Below, in pieces: positions 61,236 through 64,000 of a stretch of DNA of 64,000 nucleotides. The notes under the pieces are model-generated. The model was not told the origin of the DNA. It searched no databases and worked only from the letters and a program-made list of their open reading frames with translations. The stretch is from contig JALMLS010000423.1 of NCBI GenBank assembly GCA_038496445.1, forward strand, positions 217,445 to 281,444, in the 5' to 3' direction. How positions within the stretch are numbered: position 1 is the stretch's first letter; every line of letters begins with the position of its first letter. The DNA is from Trichosphaerium sp. ATCC 40318. Taxonomy: Eukaryota; Protista; Tubulinea. A program made the translations under genes and the position numbers.

Positions 61236-63228
61236 ATGCGCTACATTACGTCAATTCCACAGAAACTAACACGTTATTGGTTGGAAACAAAATAATTATG
61301 AGCGTAAAGCTAGAAAGATTGTACGTGCTATGTTACTGTCGCGTTGGAAGCGTATTGCGTTTGTTATTAGCTAATATAGTGTAGGCTAGCCCAAAACCGT
61401 ACAAAACGTACTAAAGTAGGATTAGCGCGCGTCATAGATGCTGTGGGTAAACAAATGGGCGTTACGCACCTAGATGGTTGGTATGACGTTTCAACAAGCC
61501 AATTAGTCGAGACGAAGGCGCACTTTCATCTCAAGTACCCAAAAAGCAGCTAAAGAAATGCTTTTGAACTAAAAATCCCCAGAAAACGTTTCTCGGGCTC
61601 AATATCACGTATTATGTCGTACACGTTCCCAAATCATAGATGGGAGTCATGGCGCTTTCGGTATGAAACATGCAAACCGCCACCAGCTAGACTTTTATTC
61701 ACTTAAAACTTTTTAAATAAATACCGCTAATAGTCCTTTAGATCAGCACCCCACAACTTCTGGTCGAGTATGGCAAATCAGCAAATGCGTCTAGATTATA
61801 TTGGGAAGAGTCTGGGCGTTTTTGAGCTCTCTGGATGGTATAATATTATTATTGAAGATATCTTTGATCAAGGTGGACAAACTCTACTGTACGTTAGTTC
61901 ACAAATGATCCAAGCGTCTAGAAGTACACTGACACCATCTAGAAACAAGTACGGACGATCCTTAAGCAACCTACTAGCACTTATGTACCCCAATTATGCA
62001 TGGGATAAATCTCGCTTCAGGTTCGTGTTATTGCGTATGTACCTTGATGTAATATCCCTAGATGCGCTCCTAGAGGATACTGGCAAACTGTGCCAAACCA
62101 AAGCGCTTTTTTAAAGAAACTACAGAGTACTTACAAAATAACTAACAAGGACATGTGGTATGCTTTTGTTTTATTCTTCTTGGTTTTTTCTGTTTTTTTT
62201 TACATCATAACGCGGTGCCTAATACAGACTTTAAGGTATCGGATGTCTCGGTCACAAATTGAAGAACAAGGAGGAAAAGGTATACTTCGTTATTGGCCTC
62301 ATATACTCTATGTTCTTGATGCAAATACTGAATGGGAGTGGCATCGATTTAAGCACATGAATAAGACCTCAAAACAATTGTACGTTATCAGTTGATATAA
62401 CACAGTTTTTTAACAAGGCCTAAACACTCAAGCGAACTTGGTGGTTGCATGCTTTAAGTTTAAAAACATGCGTGTCTTTCAGAGACCACAAGGAGATAAA
62501 ATATCCTTGACTTCGCTTCAGATTTTAAAAGCTATTTTTAGTTCGAACAATTGTTCATTTTACAATGCTCACTGTTCTAGTTTACTGCTCCGTTGTATTA
62601 AATACCTTTTCCCAAATATGCATGTAATTGAAGAGCACTTGATTGGAATGTATGGTAGCGGACAACAATCCCTCACATTAGACATTTATGTGCCTAAATT
62701 AAAACTTGCCTTAGAATACCAAGGTAATTTTTTCTTCTTGTCGCACTAACACTGTCACATCTTACTCATATATTCACCTCTTAGGCGAGCACCATTATAA
62801 AGATGGTATATTTGCTGAACATTATGCGCTTGTACATCGTTCTTTAGACTCAGAAAAGATTCAACAATGCACAGATAATGGTAAGTATTTTCTCTTGTTT
62901 TTTTTTTCCTTCTTTGGTTTTCTTGTTTCTTTTAACACTAAGTTTAGATATTTGTCTTGTTCCTATCCCTTATGCGTACGAAATACACTGAATATTGAGA
63001 TACTCCAGACAACTCATATTCTGTTTTCTGTTTAGGTGGGCTGGTGATATTGGTACCATAGCTGCAACTATAAAGTATTACATGCCAACAGCTCCTTTGG
63101 ATGTTCCACGCTTTTCAAAACCTCTTCTTAACTTGAGACTGCCTGGACGAAAAGGTAAGAAAGAGTTAAGGCCAAAAATGGCGTTGTATAGCCAGCAAGG
63201 AATACTTCTTTTACCTCCTCTTACGTGA
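61236..63228 (+). CDS. Trp-rich repeat protein with C-terminal PD-(D/E)XK (Vsr/RAP-like) nuclease motif, multi-exon; ends approximate
   Basis: About three repeats of the type GWYDVS...FSGSISRIMSYTFPNHRWESWRF / GWYNI..EDIFDQGGQTLL..KYGRSLSNLLALMYPNYAWDKSRF, then LTLDIYVPKLKLALEYQG|EHHY and LVPIPY..W. Confidence 0.7.
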
Positions 63229-64000
63229 TATGAACAACTTTTTTTCTAACTTTTTTATGATTCTTGAACTCTTATGTTACTATACAGGAGGTGATACTTT
63301 CATGAGACCACAACGAGTTGCACTATATAGAGTAAGAATTCTTGGTGACAACTACGCAGATTAGCTACCAGAATCAACGCTTCAGATGGACGGTATTGCA
63401 TACTAATTGACTGTGCTCAGCTATTGTACTCCATCTTACTTATTCCTCAAGATTTATTATGAGAAGACACTCAGAGTTATTTGTCACAGTGTTCTAGTAC
63501 AGAATTAGTTGAAAGACACTGCACATGCATTCTCAAAACGCTGCTTTATTTCTCCAAAACATTACCTGAATGTCTCCGCCTTCACAAAAGGATTCGGTAG
63601 TAGTCACAGCTCTCAATACCTCAACACTGTGTTTCCTAAGCACTAATGATATAAATACAAGAAGATGTAAACCACGTTTAGTCTTTAGGGGAAAACAGCC
63701 GCAAATAAAGCACAAGATTACTAGTTATGTCGTTCAAGTTTAAAAATATCATGATCTCATAATTTTAACGAGGAGCTCATTGAATATGGTAATGACGAGG
63801 CTGAACTTGGTTTATTTACTTAGATGGCTCAAACTGACCCTCAACAGTTGTACGGTGCATAACACGCAGTCCAACCTCTGAAACAGGCAACTGAGTCTCA
63901 GGAGATGCTTCATGACCAACAGCCAAATTATCACTAATTATCAAGTCTCCTTGTTCCCTAGAGTGTATTAGTCAACAAAAACGAAACAATATGGTTTTAA

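Noticed and set aside
1-64000. Alternative genetic code or prokaryotic/viral origin as an explanation for the fragmented ORFs
   Set aside because: The stops are removed by canonical spliceosomal introns, and TAA, TAG and TGA all terminate genes.

Overview
This is AT-rich, intron-dense eukaryotic nuclear DNA in the standard genetic code. Introns are mostly about 40-130 nt with GT..AG ends and a few GC..AG, so the ORF track shows only exon fragments; all gene models below were spliced by hand. The gene content points to an amoebozoan or similar free-living protist (inference, from the Shk-type SH2 kinase, slime-mould-type Cys repeats and poly-Asn linkers). About 22 genes are present. Left part: FIP1; an F-box/Ras-like pseudo-GTPase; F-box/LRR genes and remnants; a secreted 8-Cys prepropeptide; a fucosyltransferase; a probable TAF1B/Rrn7; a 4-TM protein; an F-box/SNF2/SAP helicase; a Rho-like GTPase-kinase-SAM fusion. 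The 29.5-51.5 kb block holds three tandem VWA-ectodomain receptor kinases with tyrosine-kinase signatures, an SH2 pseudokinase, a GAT-RBR-TM E3 ligase and a CX5R phosphatase. Right part: a single-pass Cys-rich protein, an F-box membrane protein, a C2 protein, an LPMO-like/CBM6 secreted protein and a Trp-repeat/PD-(D/E)XK protein. The most interesting candidate system is the physically clustered phosphotyrosine writer/reader/eraser/degrader block, with diversifying receptor ectodomains, a 6-nt catalytic-loop micro-exon and built-in antisense kinase fragments. Functional linkage of these neighbours is a hypothesis only. No tRNA, rRNA, CRISPR array or intact transposon was recognised.
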